Shown: positions 8,984 through 17,704 of the stretch, piece after piece | Numbering within the stretch: position 1 is the stretch's first letter | How the letters are laid out: every line of letters begins with the position of its first letter | IMG/VR virus record: IMGVR_UViG_3300047551_001325 | Span: 9,535-73,534 of that record | Origin: a virus | Reading direction: 5' to 3' (one strand) | DNA: 64,000 nt | Made by a program: the position numbers and the translations under genes | The notes under the pieces: generated by a model | What the model was told of the DNA's origin: nothing | The model's database searches: none | The model's input: the letters and a program-made list of their open reading frames with translations, nothing else

Positions 8984-9795
8984 ACTACCCATACATTAAG
9001 TTAGTTCTACCCTCAGCCCTAGCAAACCACAAGAACGGACAGCTCCCCCAAGAACTGCTAGCCAAAGTCAAAACCGGTGGCTTGATGTACAAGCCTGCCG
9101 CTGAGCAGTTCGACAAGATGTACGATGCAGCACTAGCTGCTGGTCACAAGCTTAAGAACGTCGGTGACTACCGCTCGTTCCAGGGCCAGTTGAACATGTT
9201 CATGGACCGCTACGAAACGTCAGACACGGGCCGCGTACCCCAGGTTACCCGTCAGTACGAGGGTAAGACTTGGTACCTCAAGAAGGGCAAGGCTCCTAGC
9301 GCTGCCCCAGACCCCACCGGCAAGAAGGGCTCTAACCATGGTTGGGGCCTTGCTATTGACCTTGGTTACGAGGCCGGTGGAAAGCTTCAGTCAATGGGTG
9401 GAGCTTGCTTCGAGTGGATGTGCGCCAACGCTCCTAAGTGGGGTTTCTACCTTCAGACTGGTGACAAGAACTCCAAGGAGTTCGAGTCGTGGCACTGGCA
9501 ATACTGCCTCGGTGATAAGGCCCCAGACGGCACTGTAGCGGCTCCTGTGGAGGCACTCAAGCCCTCAGGTGGCTCGCCAGAGGCTGGCCCAATGAAGTTT
9601 GATTACCCAGGCACCCCAGTACAGCGTGGCTCTAAGGGACCAGCTGCTGCCCTGGTTCAGGCAATCATTGGGGCTACCGCAGACGGTGACTTTGGCCCAC
9701 GCTCAGAACAAGCCCTCAAGGCTTGGCAAACCGCTAATGGGCTCAAAGCAGATGGCATCGTTGGTCCTGTAACATGGAAGAAAATGTTTGGCTGA
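8980..9795 (+). CDS. Endolysin: M15 (VanY-like) Zn peptidase plus peptidoglycan-binding domain
   Basis: YRSF..Q, SNHGWGLAID, ESWHWQY; C-terminal DGDFGP...ADGIVGPVTW. Confidence 0.9.
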   Translation: MNYPYIKLVLPSALANHKNGQLPQELLAKVKTGGLMYKPAAEQFDKMYDAALAAGHKLKNVGDYRSFQGQLNMFMDRYETSDTGRVPQVTRQYEGKTWYLKKGKAPSAAPDPTGKKGSNHGWGLAIDLGYEAGGKLQSMGGACFEWMCANAPKWGFYLQTGDKNSKEFESWHWQYCLGDKAPDGTVAAPVEALKPSGGSPEAGPMKFDYPGTPVQRGSKGPAAALVQAIIGATADGDFGPRSEQALKAWQTANGLKADGIVGPVTWKKMFG

Positions 9796-9807
9796 TAGGA
9801 GCCGTAA

Positions 9808-10758
9808 ATGGCAGTTAGAATACAGATGCGTCGTGGTACCACGGCACAGTGGGCTGCAGCAGCAGGTACAGCTAACGCTGTACTAGCAGCAGGTGAAATA
9901 GGCGTAGACACCACAAGTAAACAACTTAAAGTTGGTGATGGTACAACTACTTGGGCTTCTTTACCTTTCTTTAACTCTGGTACCATCACTGGAGTTGTAG
10001 CTGGTACTGGTCTAACTGGAGGTGGAACCTCAGGATCGGTAACACTTACCGTTTCTACGTCAGGCTCAACTGGGTTAGTTACACGTGGAACATTAACAAC
10101 TAAAGGCGACATCCTGGTTGCCACAGCTGCAAGTACACCCACCAGATTGGGTGTTGGTACAAATGGTCAAATGCTGGCAGCTGATTCTAGTCAAACTACG
10201 GGCCTTACTTGGGTTAACGGTGCTACAATCGCCGGAACAGAAACATTAACAAATAAAACACTAACCAGCCCCACCATAAACAATGGGACTATATCCACAG
10301 CTACCGTTACCAACCCAACAGTTAGTACTGGTACGTTTACATCACCATCTTTAGTTACACCAGTGTTTACCTCCCCCATAGAAGTATGGAACGTTGTAGG
10401 ATCAGCTCCATCAGCTGCTCAAGATATCAACGTAAAGACTTCTACAGCATGGTTGTACACCAGTAACGCAACTGCAAACACTGTTTTAAACATACGTGGG
10501 GATGGTTTAACAACCTTAAACTCCATGCTTTCTAACAACCAAAGCATTACGGTTGCTGTTGGTGTAACAAATGGTACAACTCCTTATTACCCAACTTCTT
10601 TAAAAATTGACGGCACAACCATCACTGCAGTTAAATGGCAGGGTGGAACCTCTCCAACGACCGGAAACGCAAGCAGTATAGACGTGTATGCTTATACAAT
10701 AGTAAAAACTGCTACTAACACATATACGGTGCTTGCCTCACAAACTAAGTTTGCGTAA
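9808..10758 (+). CDS. Fibre protein with Mtd N-terminal-like domain
   Basis: IQMRRGTTAQW..VLAAGEIGVDT...KVGDG..W..LP; TLTNKTLTSP repeat. Confidence 0.75.
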   Translation: MAVRIQMRRGTTAQWAAAAGTANAVLAAGEIGVDTTSKQLKVGDGTTTWASLPFFNSGTITGVVAGTGLTGGGTSGSVTLTVSTSGSTGLVTRGTLTTKGDILVATAASTPTRLGVGTNGQMLAADSSQTTGLTWVNGATIAGTETLTNKTLTSPTINNGTISTATVTNPTVSTGTFTSPSLVTPVFTSPIEVWNVVGSAPSAAQDINVKTSTAWLYTSNATANTVLNIRGDGLTTLNSMLSNNQSITVAVGVTNGTTPYYPTSLKIDGTTITAVKWQGGTSPTTGNASSIDVYAYTIVKTATNTYTVLASQTKFA

Positions 10759-12254
10759 TGCCCTTAATATCTACGTTTTCCTCTGGGTCATCTCGTTCCC
10801 TTGGTTTGGGTAGTGGTATTAGACCTGGCGCTCCAACTATAACCAGTGTTGATTATCTTAATGGTACTACTGGGGGGCGTTTATCAGTCTCTTTTACGGA
10901 GGGAACAACAGGTACTACAGTTACAACTGATTACCAGTACTCAACTGATAATGGTGTAACGTGGGCAACCCGTTCTGGTACTGCATCACCAGTAGTAATT
11001 ACTGGTCTAACAAACGGCACAAACTACACTATAAGACTACGGGCTGTAAACTCAATTGGCCCATCAAACCAATCCAACTCAATAGTTGGACGTCCAGTGG
11101 CTCTACCAGGAGCGCCAACTGTCGCTGTTACCACACACGCAACCGACCTTGGTAAGATAAACGTAGCTGTAACAGCCGGAACAGCAGGAACAGACAACTT
11201 AAATGGTTCTACACCATATGAGTACAGTCTTAATTCAGGGTCTACCTGGACTGGTGTGTCTTCAGCTAACTTCACTATAAGTGGATTAGCTAATGAAACT
11301 TCTTATACTGTTACTGTCAGGGCAATAACCACAAACAACGACCGATCTACTAGTGGTAGTGGTAGTGGTTCTACAATGGCAATTGCTCCAGTTATACCAA
11401 CACCCACTAGCTCAATTAGCGGAACAACTGTAACGGTTTCCTGGGGTGCTATAACAGATGCTAATAGTGGTGTTGCATCGGCAACTCTTTATGAGTTATT
11501 TATTGGAAGCAGTAGTGGTTATGTTTCTGGATCAAGTTATTCAATACCCTCTAACCAATGGTCTGGTGGGTCTACTACATTTACAACACCGTCTAATAGA
11601 AGAACCACGCCTAGTGGTGAAAGTTGGTTAGTTACTTATTACATAATAGCTACTGACAATGTTGGGAAATCTGGACAAGGTAGTACAGCCACTAATAAGT
11701 GGACTAAACCACTTGGTACATTTTATATTACTACTTCCAGCCACGGTACATACGGATCAACAGGTGGTTGGCGTAGTGACCTAGCTAATATTGGAAGCAT
11801 ATTTGTTGGTTGGATTGGTAATACGTATGCATACCAATATGGACACTGGTTTTATGGATCAAATGTCTATAACACAGCAAAAGGTTTTGTACCAGACAGT
11901 GCAACAATTAGAACATATAGAAGCAGTGCTGATGGATGTACTGGCGCAACAGTAGCTTTTGCTACGCATAACTACGCTTCTCAACCTTCTGGTGCTCCAG
12001 CAAATGACATTACATATTACTCTGTAGGTACAGAACAATCTCAAGGTAATGCTAGAGAGTTTGATTTAAGCGCTGCAACGCGCGGTCGCATGGCGGTTGA
12101 TTCAAACTTTGGTATGTTTATGTACCCAGGTAACTCTAATGGAACCATAAATGGAACAGCAGCTACAAACTGTGCCGGCGGCACTACTTACAGAATCTTT
12201 GATTCACCATTTTCGGATGTAAACTCAGGTCGTTTAACACTTGTCTACAACTAA
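10758..12254 (+). CDS. Fibronectin type III repeat structural/receptor-binding protein
   Basis: PGAP..YQYS..W..GLTNGTNYTIRLRAVN, repeated. Confidence 0.8.
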   Translation: MPLISTFSSGSSRSLGLGSGIRPGAPTITSVDYLNGTTGGRLSVSFTEGTTGTTVTTDYQYSTDNGVTWATRSGTASPVVITGLTNGTNYTIRLRAVNSIGPSNQSNSIVGRPVALPGAPTVAVTTHATDLGKINVAVTAGTAGTDNLNGSTPYEYSLNSGSTWTGVSSANFTISGLANETSYTVTVRAITTNNDRSTSGSGSGSTMAIAPVIPTPTSSISGTTVTVSWGAITDANSGVASATLYELFIGSSSGYVSGSSYSIPSNQWSGGSTTFTTPSNRRTTPSGESWLVTYYIIATDNVGKSGQGSTATNKWTKPLGTFYITTSSHGTYGSTGGWRSDLANIGSIFVGWIGNTYAYQYGHWFYGSNVYNTAKGFVPDSATIRTYRSSADGCTGATVAFATHNYASQPSGAPANDITYYSVGTEQSQGNAREFDLSAATRGRMAVDSNFGMFMYPGNSNGTINGTAATNCAGGTTYRIFDSPFSDVNSGRLTLVYN

Positions 12255-12264
12255 GGAGTAGTTT

Positions 12265-12945
12265 ATGGCTAATGAGCCCATGGACCCAGAAACTCGTAAA
12301 AAATTAGCTGCTCTAAAAAAACGTAGAGGTTTAGGCAGAAGTTTAGGAGAAATCTTAGAGGAACAAGAACCATCAGAAGTTCTTGGAAAAACTTTATTTG
12401 CTGATACTTCATCTGATTTTGACACTTTGTGTGAGTCACTAGCTAATAGTATTACTACAGAATTATCTGATGAAACTCTTGAGTTTGGCCAAGCTGAGGA
12501 ATATGGAGAAGGTACTTCTTTAATGAGTACAAGAGTTAAAAGCATCAGATTCTTACCTTATTTTGAAAAAGTAACATGCGAAGATATAAAAAAGCTTGAT
12601 AATGCTGAAGAACTTGTACAAAAAAAAGATATACCAATGATCGTTCAACAGCTTGGATTAACGGGAATCCTAGAAGTGGTATTTTGGAAATGGGGATCAA
12701 TTGGGCACTACGGACCAAGTGGTAACTTTCCATACTCAGAATTCTATTTATGTAAATTACAAAAAGTAGCTTCTGTTGGTAGTAAAGTGCTGGATTGGGA
12801 GCGAGACTATGGCTATAGTCAAATTAGCAAGGGTCAACCCCCTGAAGGGCATGAAGAGCGAAAACTTATAAGAAAAAGTCGAGATTCGTTTGCAGATGAA
12901 GCTGCTCAATTTGGTGTAAACATCAGAAGTAGAAGTAGAAAATAA
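12265..12945 (+). CDS. Hypothetical protein with ParB-like N-terminal peptide and degenerate KTSC-like domain
   Basis: KKRRGLGRSLGEIL; STRVKSIRF...LEVVF..G..Y...ASVGS. Confidence 0.6.
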   Translation: MANEPMDPETRKKLAALKKRRGLGRSLGEILEEQEPSEVLGKTLFADTSSDFDTLCESLANSITTELSDETLEFGQAEEYGEGTSLMSTRVKSIRFLPYFEKVTCEDIKKLDNAEELVQKKDIPMIVQQLGLTGILEVVFWKWGSIGHYGPSGNFPYSEFYLCKLQKVASVGSKVLDWERDYGYSQISKGQPPEGHEERKLIRKSRDSFADEAAQFGVNIRSRSRK

Positions 12946-12964
12946 CAAAGAAAGAGCACATATT

Positions 12965-13294
12965 TTGATAGTTTTACTTAGTTTAATAATAATAAGCTTA
13001 TGTTTGTATTTACTGTTTAGAAACACTTTAAACAGGCTTCAGTATATAGGGCCTGTTTATTGGATAACACGTGATAACACACCAAAAGGAACCCCATTGT
13101 TATCTATTGGTTTTATGAGACAAACAAGTTTTCCTTGGAAAATTGGAAAAGGTATACAAGTAAGCTTACATAATTATTCTTTTCAACTTGGTATTTGTAA
13201 AAAATCAAACCATTCCGATGAAACAGAAGGTATCCTGGGGGCCCTAGGTGGTAGGTACTTAGATACGTCAACAAAAGATATACGGGAGTGGTAA
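12965..13294 (+). CDS. Hypothetical protein with possible N-terminal TM
   Basis: ORF fills the gap; start uncertain. Confidence 0.55.
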   Translation: MIVLLSLIIISLCLYLLFRNTLNRLQYIGPVYWITRDNTPKGTPLLSIGFMRQTSFPWKIGKGIQVSLHNYSFQLGICKKSNHSDETEGILGALGGRYLDTSTKDIREW

Positions 13295-13530
13295 TGTTTT
13301 TTAAAAAAGAACAACAAACAAAAACTGTTAAAAAACTTCCTAGGATTGAAAAAATGGATACACCATCCATTATTAACTGGATGGATTTGACCATAATGAA
13401 TCTTGGTCAAACTTTTGATAATTGGCGATACAAAGATCTCCCAGAGGAGGAAGTATCTCAACATTTGGAGATTGTAAACGGACTTTGGGAAGAACTTTTG
13501 AGTAGAAAATCAAATTTGAACAACAAGTAG
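13294..13530 (+). CDS. Hypothetical protein
   Basis: TAATG overlap; helical charged ORF. Confidence 0.65.
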   Translation: MFFKKEQQTKTVKKLPRIEKMDTPSIINWMDLTIMNLGQTFDNWRYKDLPEEEVSQHLEIVNGLWEELLSRKSNLNNK

Positions 13531-13559
13531 TGTATTATTAATCGCATAGGAGATAACTA

Positions 13560-13859
13560 ATGGTAAATCTAAATAAACGAGACAAAGAAAACCCTCATCC
13601 AAATAGAAAAGCCTTGTTAAGAGGGAACGGAAGAGATCGTGAGTACCTACACGAGTTGGTCAAAAGTATTAACCATCTTGGGTACGAATTTGGTTCTGTG
13701 TCACAAATAGTCTCTGGTGAACCCGAGGATTACGGTTACCTAGTTAGCTTGCCAGATTTGTTCTATTTAATTGACAGAATTGCAGAATCTATCGGCATGC
13801 CAAAAAAGCCTCTAGACATCCCCAATCAGGGAATACTTTTTACTGACGAAGAAGTATAA
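13560..13859 (+). CDS. Hypothetical protein
   Basis: AGGAG SD; directly upstream of terminase. Confidence 0.65.
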   Translation: MVNLNKRDKENPHPNRKALLRGNGRDREYLHELVKSINHLGYEFGSVSQIVSGEPEDYGYLVSLPDLFYLIDRIAESIGMPKKPLDIPNQGILFTDEEV

Positions 13860-13866
13860 TTAAGTA

Positions 13867-15426
13867 ATGCAACAAGTAGCAGAAGAAGGTTCAATACCTG
13901 AAGATATTGAAGCTCTAGAGCTTGACGAAACTTCTCAGGAGTTTATTGATCAGTTAGTTATGAAACTTATACTCTTTACCGAAGAGTTCTGTAACGTAAC
14001 TTTTTTCCCGTATCAAATACCTATTGCTTATCGGATGATTGAATCAATAGTAATTGGTGATGGTGAAGAAATAACACTTGTAGCTACCCGTCAGTCTGGA
14101 AAGTCCGAAGTTTTGTCAAACGTTTTGGCATCGATGATGGTGATTCTTCCTAAGCTTTCAAAGGTGTACCCAACATGGTTGGGTAAGTTTGAAAAAGGCT
14201 TTTGGTGTGGAGTTTTTGCCCCGGTTGAAGACCAAGCCGACACTGTGTTTAGTCGTATAGTAAGCAAGCTTACTAGTGATCATGCAATGGACTTTTTACT
14301 TGACCCTGAGATTGACGATAAGGCTACCTCTGGTGGGTCCCGAGGTAAAGGCAGGATCATAAGCCTTAAGCATTCAGGCTCTCTTTGCCGTATGCAAACT
14401 TGTAACCCAAAAGCCAAAATTGAGTCTAAAACATACCATTTTGTGCTTGTGGACGAAGCTCAGGAAGCTGACGAGTTTATGATTACCAAATCAATTAAAC
14501 CCATGTTGGCATTCAATAACGGAAGCATTGCATTAACAGGCACAGCTACCAGGAATAAATCTTATTTTTATAAGATGATTCAATTTAATAAACGCCGCGA
14601 TGTTAACTCTCGTCGTAACCACAGACAATGCCATTTTGAATACGATTGGAAAACGGCAGCAAAATACAACGAAAACTACGCAAAATTCATCTCTAAAGAA
14701 AAGATAAGAATCGGAGAAGATTCAGACGAGTTTCAAATGTCTTACTGTAACAAATGGATTCTAGAAAAAGGAATGTTTGTTTCAGATGAACGTCTATCAC
14801 GTATGTACGATCAGTCTATGGGCCTTGTAAAACAGTGGTGGAGAACACCAGTCGTTGTTGGCATTGACGTAGCTAGATCAAACGACTCAACTGTTGTGAC
14901 AGTTTGTTGGGTGGACTGGGACCATCCTGATGGTTTTGGGTTCTACGAACATCGAGTTTTAAATTGGTTGGAGATCAACAATGAAGAATGGGAATCACAG
15001 TATTTTGAGATTATTGATTTTCTTCGTAATTATAATGTTTATAGAATTGGTGTTGATGCCCAGGGTGTTGGAGGTGCTGTAGCCGAGCGCCTACAAATAC
15101 TTCTTCCAAAAATAGAAGTGCTAGCAGTAACTTCTGACGCCAAAAACCAAAATGAACGCTGGGTTCATTTAACAGAGTTAATACAAAGAGATCAGTTGAT
15201 TATTCCTGGCCATTCAAAAGCACGACGTACACGATCTTGGAAAAGATTTAATCAACAAATGTCAGACCTAGAAAAAGTGTACAGAGGACCATATCTTTTA
15301 GCTGCGGCCCCTGAGGAAAAAGGCGCTTTTGATGACTACCCAGACTCCCTAGCCATTGCTTGTTCAATGTCTGTTGCAGACACTATGCCGATGGTGACGG
15401 TATCCGAGAGCCCATTCTTCAGATAA
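13867..15426 (+). CDS. terL: Terminase large subunit
   Basis: ATRQSGKS Walker A, VLVDEAQE Walker B, GIDVAR and DDYPDS nuclease motifs. Confidence 0.95.
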   Translation: MQQVAEEGSIPEDIEALELDETSQEFIDQLVMKLILFTEEFCNVTFFPYQIPIAYRMIESIVIGDGEEITLVATRQSGKSEVLSNVLASMMVILPKLSKVYPTWLGKFEKGFWCGVFAPVEDQADTVFSRIVSKLTSDHAMDFLLDPEIDDKATSGGSRGKGRIISLKHSGSLCRMQTCNPKAKIESKTYHFVLVDEAQEADEFMITKSIKPMLAFNNGSIALTGTATRNKSYFYKMIQFNKRRDVNSRRNHRQCHFEYDWKTAAKYNENYAKFISKEKIRIGEDSDEFQMSYCNKWILEKGMFVSDERLSRMYDQSMGLVKQWWRTPVVVGIDVARSNDSTVVTVCWVDWDHPDGFGFYEHRVLNWLEINNEEWESQYFEIIDFLRNYNVYRIGVDAQGVGGAVAERLQILLPKIEVLAVTSDAKNQNERWVHLTELIQRDQLIIPGHSKARRTRSWKRFNQQMSDLEKVYRGPYLLAAAPEEKGAFDDYPDSLAIACSMSVADTMPMVTVSESPFFR

Positions 15427-15485
15427 GTCCATTAAAACGTGGTAATCTACATATATACACGTCCATTCCAACAGGAGGATAACCT

Positions 15486-15887
15486 ATGGCTGTAGCCCCC
15501 GCCCCAATGTTCCCAGAAAAGGGTGACCCACAATTTGAGCTTGCACTTGCTCCAAGCATCCCAATGAACCGTGGTCCACTCCGCTTTGAGGAAGGCGTAG
15601 CAACCGACACCGACGTTCCAATGGACTTTAGCATTGGCGCTTATGAGGACACCGCTCCTTCGCCCATGCGGATGAACCACAACAATCCCGAGATGTTTTA
15701 TAAGTACCCTGAGGAAACCATGCGTGAGCGCGCTCACGTAGGTTCCGCTACCTGGATTGAAGCCCCTGATCACCTCCGTGAGTTTGTTATGGGTTCAATG
15801 TCCGGAGATGGCATGCCCCAGTTTGAGTACTCCTATAACACAGGTGGGCACATGAATCTTCCCAACAAGACAGTTGTTTCTGGCTGA
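15486..15887 (+). CDS. Hypothetical phage protein
   Basis: AGGAGG SD; RGPLRFEEGVATDTDVP. Confidence 0.75.
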   Translation: MAVAPAPMFPEKGDPQFELALAPSIPMNRGPLRFEEGVATDTDVPMDFSIGAYEDTAPSPMRMNHNNPEMFYKYPEETMRERAHVGSATWIEAPDHLREFVMGSMSGDGMPQFEYSYNTGGHMNLPNKTVVSG

Positions 15888-15891
15888 GATC

Positions 15892-15927
15892 TGATACAGT
15901 AAATGCTCCGTCTAAAAGGAGCATTTA
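15892..15927 (+). promoter_or_regulatory. Extended -10 (TGaTACAGT) abutting a 10-bp hairpin that hides the SD and start codon
   Basis: TAAATGCTCC (15900-15909) is the reverse complement of GGAGCATTTA (15918-15927). Confidence 0.55.
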
Positions 15928-16088
15928 TGAACATTCTTCAAATAGCAGCAGCTCTGAAGTACCTTCAGCGTGTAACAGCTCGTGGAGTTGAAGAAGAGCA
16001 GGAACTGTACGCATTAATCCAATCACTTTCAAATGCGTTGCATAATGCAAAACCTGTGTATACTACAAGTGGCTCAACCGCCGCATAA
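15927..16088 (+). CDS. Small hypothetical protein (53 aa)
   Basis: AAGGAG SD before ATG at 15927. Confidence 0.6.
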   Translation: MNILQIAAALKYLQRVTARGVEEEQELYALIQSLSNALHNAKPVYTTSGSTAA

Positions 16089-16127
16089 ACACACTCTTAA
16101 CTAGAGTGGTATCACAAGGAGTATTAG

Positions 16128-16403
16128 ATGTCAGATTCCAACGGTCTTATAAAAGACTTAATGGAGCGTCATACGGGCTCTATAAAACAAAAGTGCTCGT
16201 ACACTCGCATCAAAGAAAGCATGCCCGCTGATGAAGCGGAGGCTGTTGAAAACGCAGAGAAAGCCATAAAAACTGATTCTGGCAATGGTAGAGCAAAAAT
16301 CTATTCATGCACTTGGTTGTCAGAAATCCTAACCAAGAATGGCTATTCAATAAGCGCAAGCACAATCTCCCGTCATATGAATGGGCGGTGTGGTTGTGAG
16401 TGA
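16128..16403 (+). CDS. Small HTH-like protein, possibly Zn-binding
   Basis: WLSEILTKNGYSISASTISRH..GRCGC plus an N-terminal Cys. Confidence 0.6.
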   Translation: MSDSNGLIKDLMERHTGSIKQKCSYTRIKESMPADEAEAVENAEKAIKTDSGNGRAKIYSCTWLSEILTKNGYSISASTISRHMNGRCGCE

Positions 16404-17376
16404 TCTTGTCAAAGCCTTAACAATTGCTCCAGAGTGGCCTGTAGTACAACCAGGGCCGTCTGTGCGTATGCCAAAGCTTTCTACAAAAGCTTCATCAAGT
16501 AAAGATGGCTACGAAACATGTGTTGTTCTTCCAGACATGCAAATTGGTTATTTTAGAGCACGTTCTGGTGAGCTTGAACCAACACACGATGAGAACGCAA
16601 TAGACATTGCTTTTTCAATTATCAAAAACTTAAATCCAGACTTAGTTGTGCTTGTCGGAGACAACCTTGATTTTCCTGAGTTTGGAAAGTACAGATTAAG
16701 TAGTGCTTATGCACTAACTACACAAGCATCAATTGACAGAGCAACTGTCCTTTGTGCTCAGTTAAGAACTGTTGCACCAAACGCTAAAATAGTTTGGTTA
16801 GCAGGAAACCACGAAGAAAGATTGGTGAACTTTGTCCTCGACAACGCAAAAGCAGCATTCGGAATCAAACGTGGGGTCAGCCCTGACTCTTGGCCTGTTC
16901 TTTCTATCCCTTATCTCTGTCGCTTCGATGATTATGGGGTGGATTATGTACCGGGCTATCCAGCGGGACAATTTTGGATCAACCAAAGACTCCGTGTCAT
17001 CCACGGCACAAAAGTACGCAGTAACGGGTCGACAGCGCATGCGTACCTCAACACTGAAAAGTCCTCAGTTTTATATGGGCACATCCACCGCCGCGAATGG
17101 GCAGAACGCTCACGCGACGATTTCGATGGCCCAAAAACCATCATGGCCGCATCCCCTGGTACGTTGGCAAGATGTGACGGAACCGTACCATCGACAAAAG
17201 GATCTATAGATCTAGATGGTAGACCAATGACTATTGTTGAAGATTGGCAACAAGGTATTGGCATTGTGACCTACCAACCTGGTGAGGGAAACTTTTTCTA
17301 CGAACAAATTCCATTCCATAATGGAACAGCATTTTTTAGAGGGAAGTTTTACAATGCACAAACCCAAAAAGTCTAA
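16381..17376 (+). CDS. Calcineurin-like metallophosphoesterase (start may be GTG at 16396)
   Basis: PDMQIG, VGDNLD, AGNHE, IHG, GHIHR. Confidence 0.9.
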   Translation: MGGVVVSDLVKALTIAPEWPVVQPGPSVRMPKLSTKASSSKDGYETCVVLPDMQIGYFRARSGELEPTHDENAIDIAFSIIKNLNPDLVVLVGDNLDFPEFGKYRLSSAYALTTQASIDRATVLCAQLRTVAPNAKIVWLAGNHEERLVNFVLDNAKAAFGIKRGVSPDSWPVLSIPYLCRFDDYGVDYVPGYPAGQFWINQRLRVIHGTKVRSNGSTAHAYLNTEKSSVLYGHIHRREWAERSRDDFDGPKTIMAASPGTLARCDGTVPSTKGSIDLDGRPMTIVEDWQQGIGIVTYQPGEGNFFYEQIPFHNGTAFFRGKFYNAQTQKV

Positions 17377-17704
17377 AAACCCTACTACTCCCAAGTTAGC
17401 CATTATCACGTGGTTAGACGCATTTGATGGACCAACTGGGTGGGTAGATCCCTTGGATTATAAACCCCGCCCAGTTCGTCCCATCTCAGTTGGATGGGTA
17501 GTAGACGACTTTTTGAAAGACCATATAACGCTGGTCGGTACCTACTTAGTAGATCTCAATGATTCACAAAATCCGGTGTACTATAGCAATCCCTCTCATA
17601 TCCCTTTGGGAATGGTACAATCAATAACATACATTGACGTTCCAAGTTCAATAGAACAACTCATTATTAATGATTTAAACACCAGGGGATTTAATGCCGA
17701 TTGA
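17354..17704 (+). CDS. Small beta-barrel-type phage protein
   Basis: ITWLDA..GW..SVGWV..IPLGMV pattern. Confidence 0.6.
   Translation: MHKPKKSKNPTTPKLAIITWLDAFDGPTGWVDPLDYKPRPVRPISVGWVVDDFLKDHITLVGTYLVDLNDSQNPVYYSNPSHIPLGMVQSITYIDVPSSIEQLIINDLNTRGFNAD

Noticed and set aside
9808-10758. Diversity-generating retroelement suggested by the Mtd_N-like domain
   Set aside because: No reverse transcriptase and no template/variable repeat pair seen in the window
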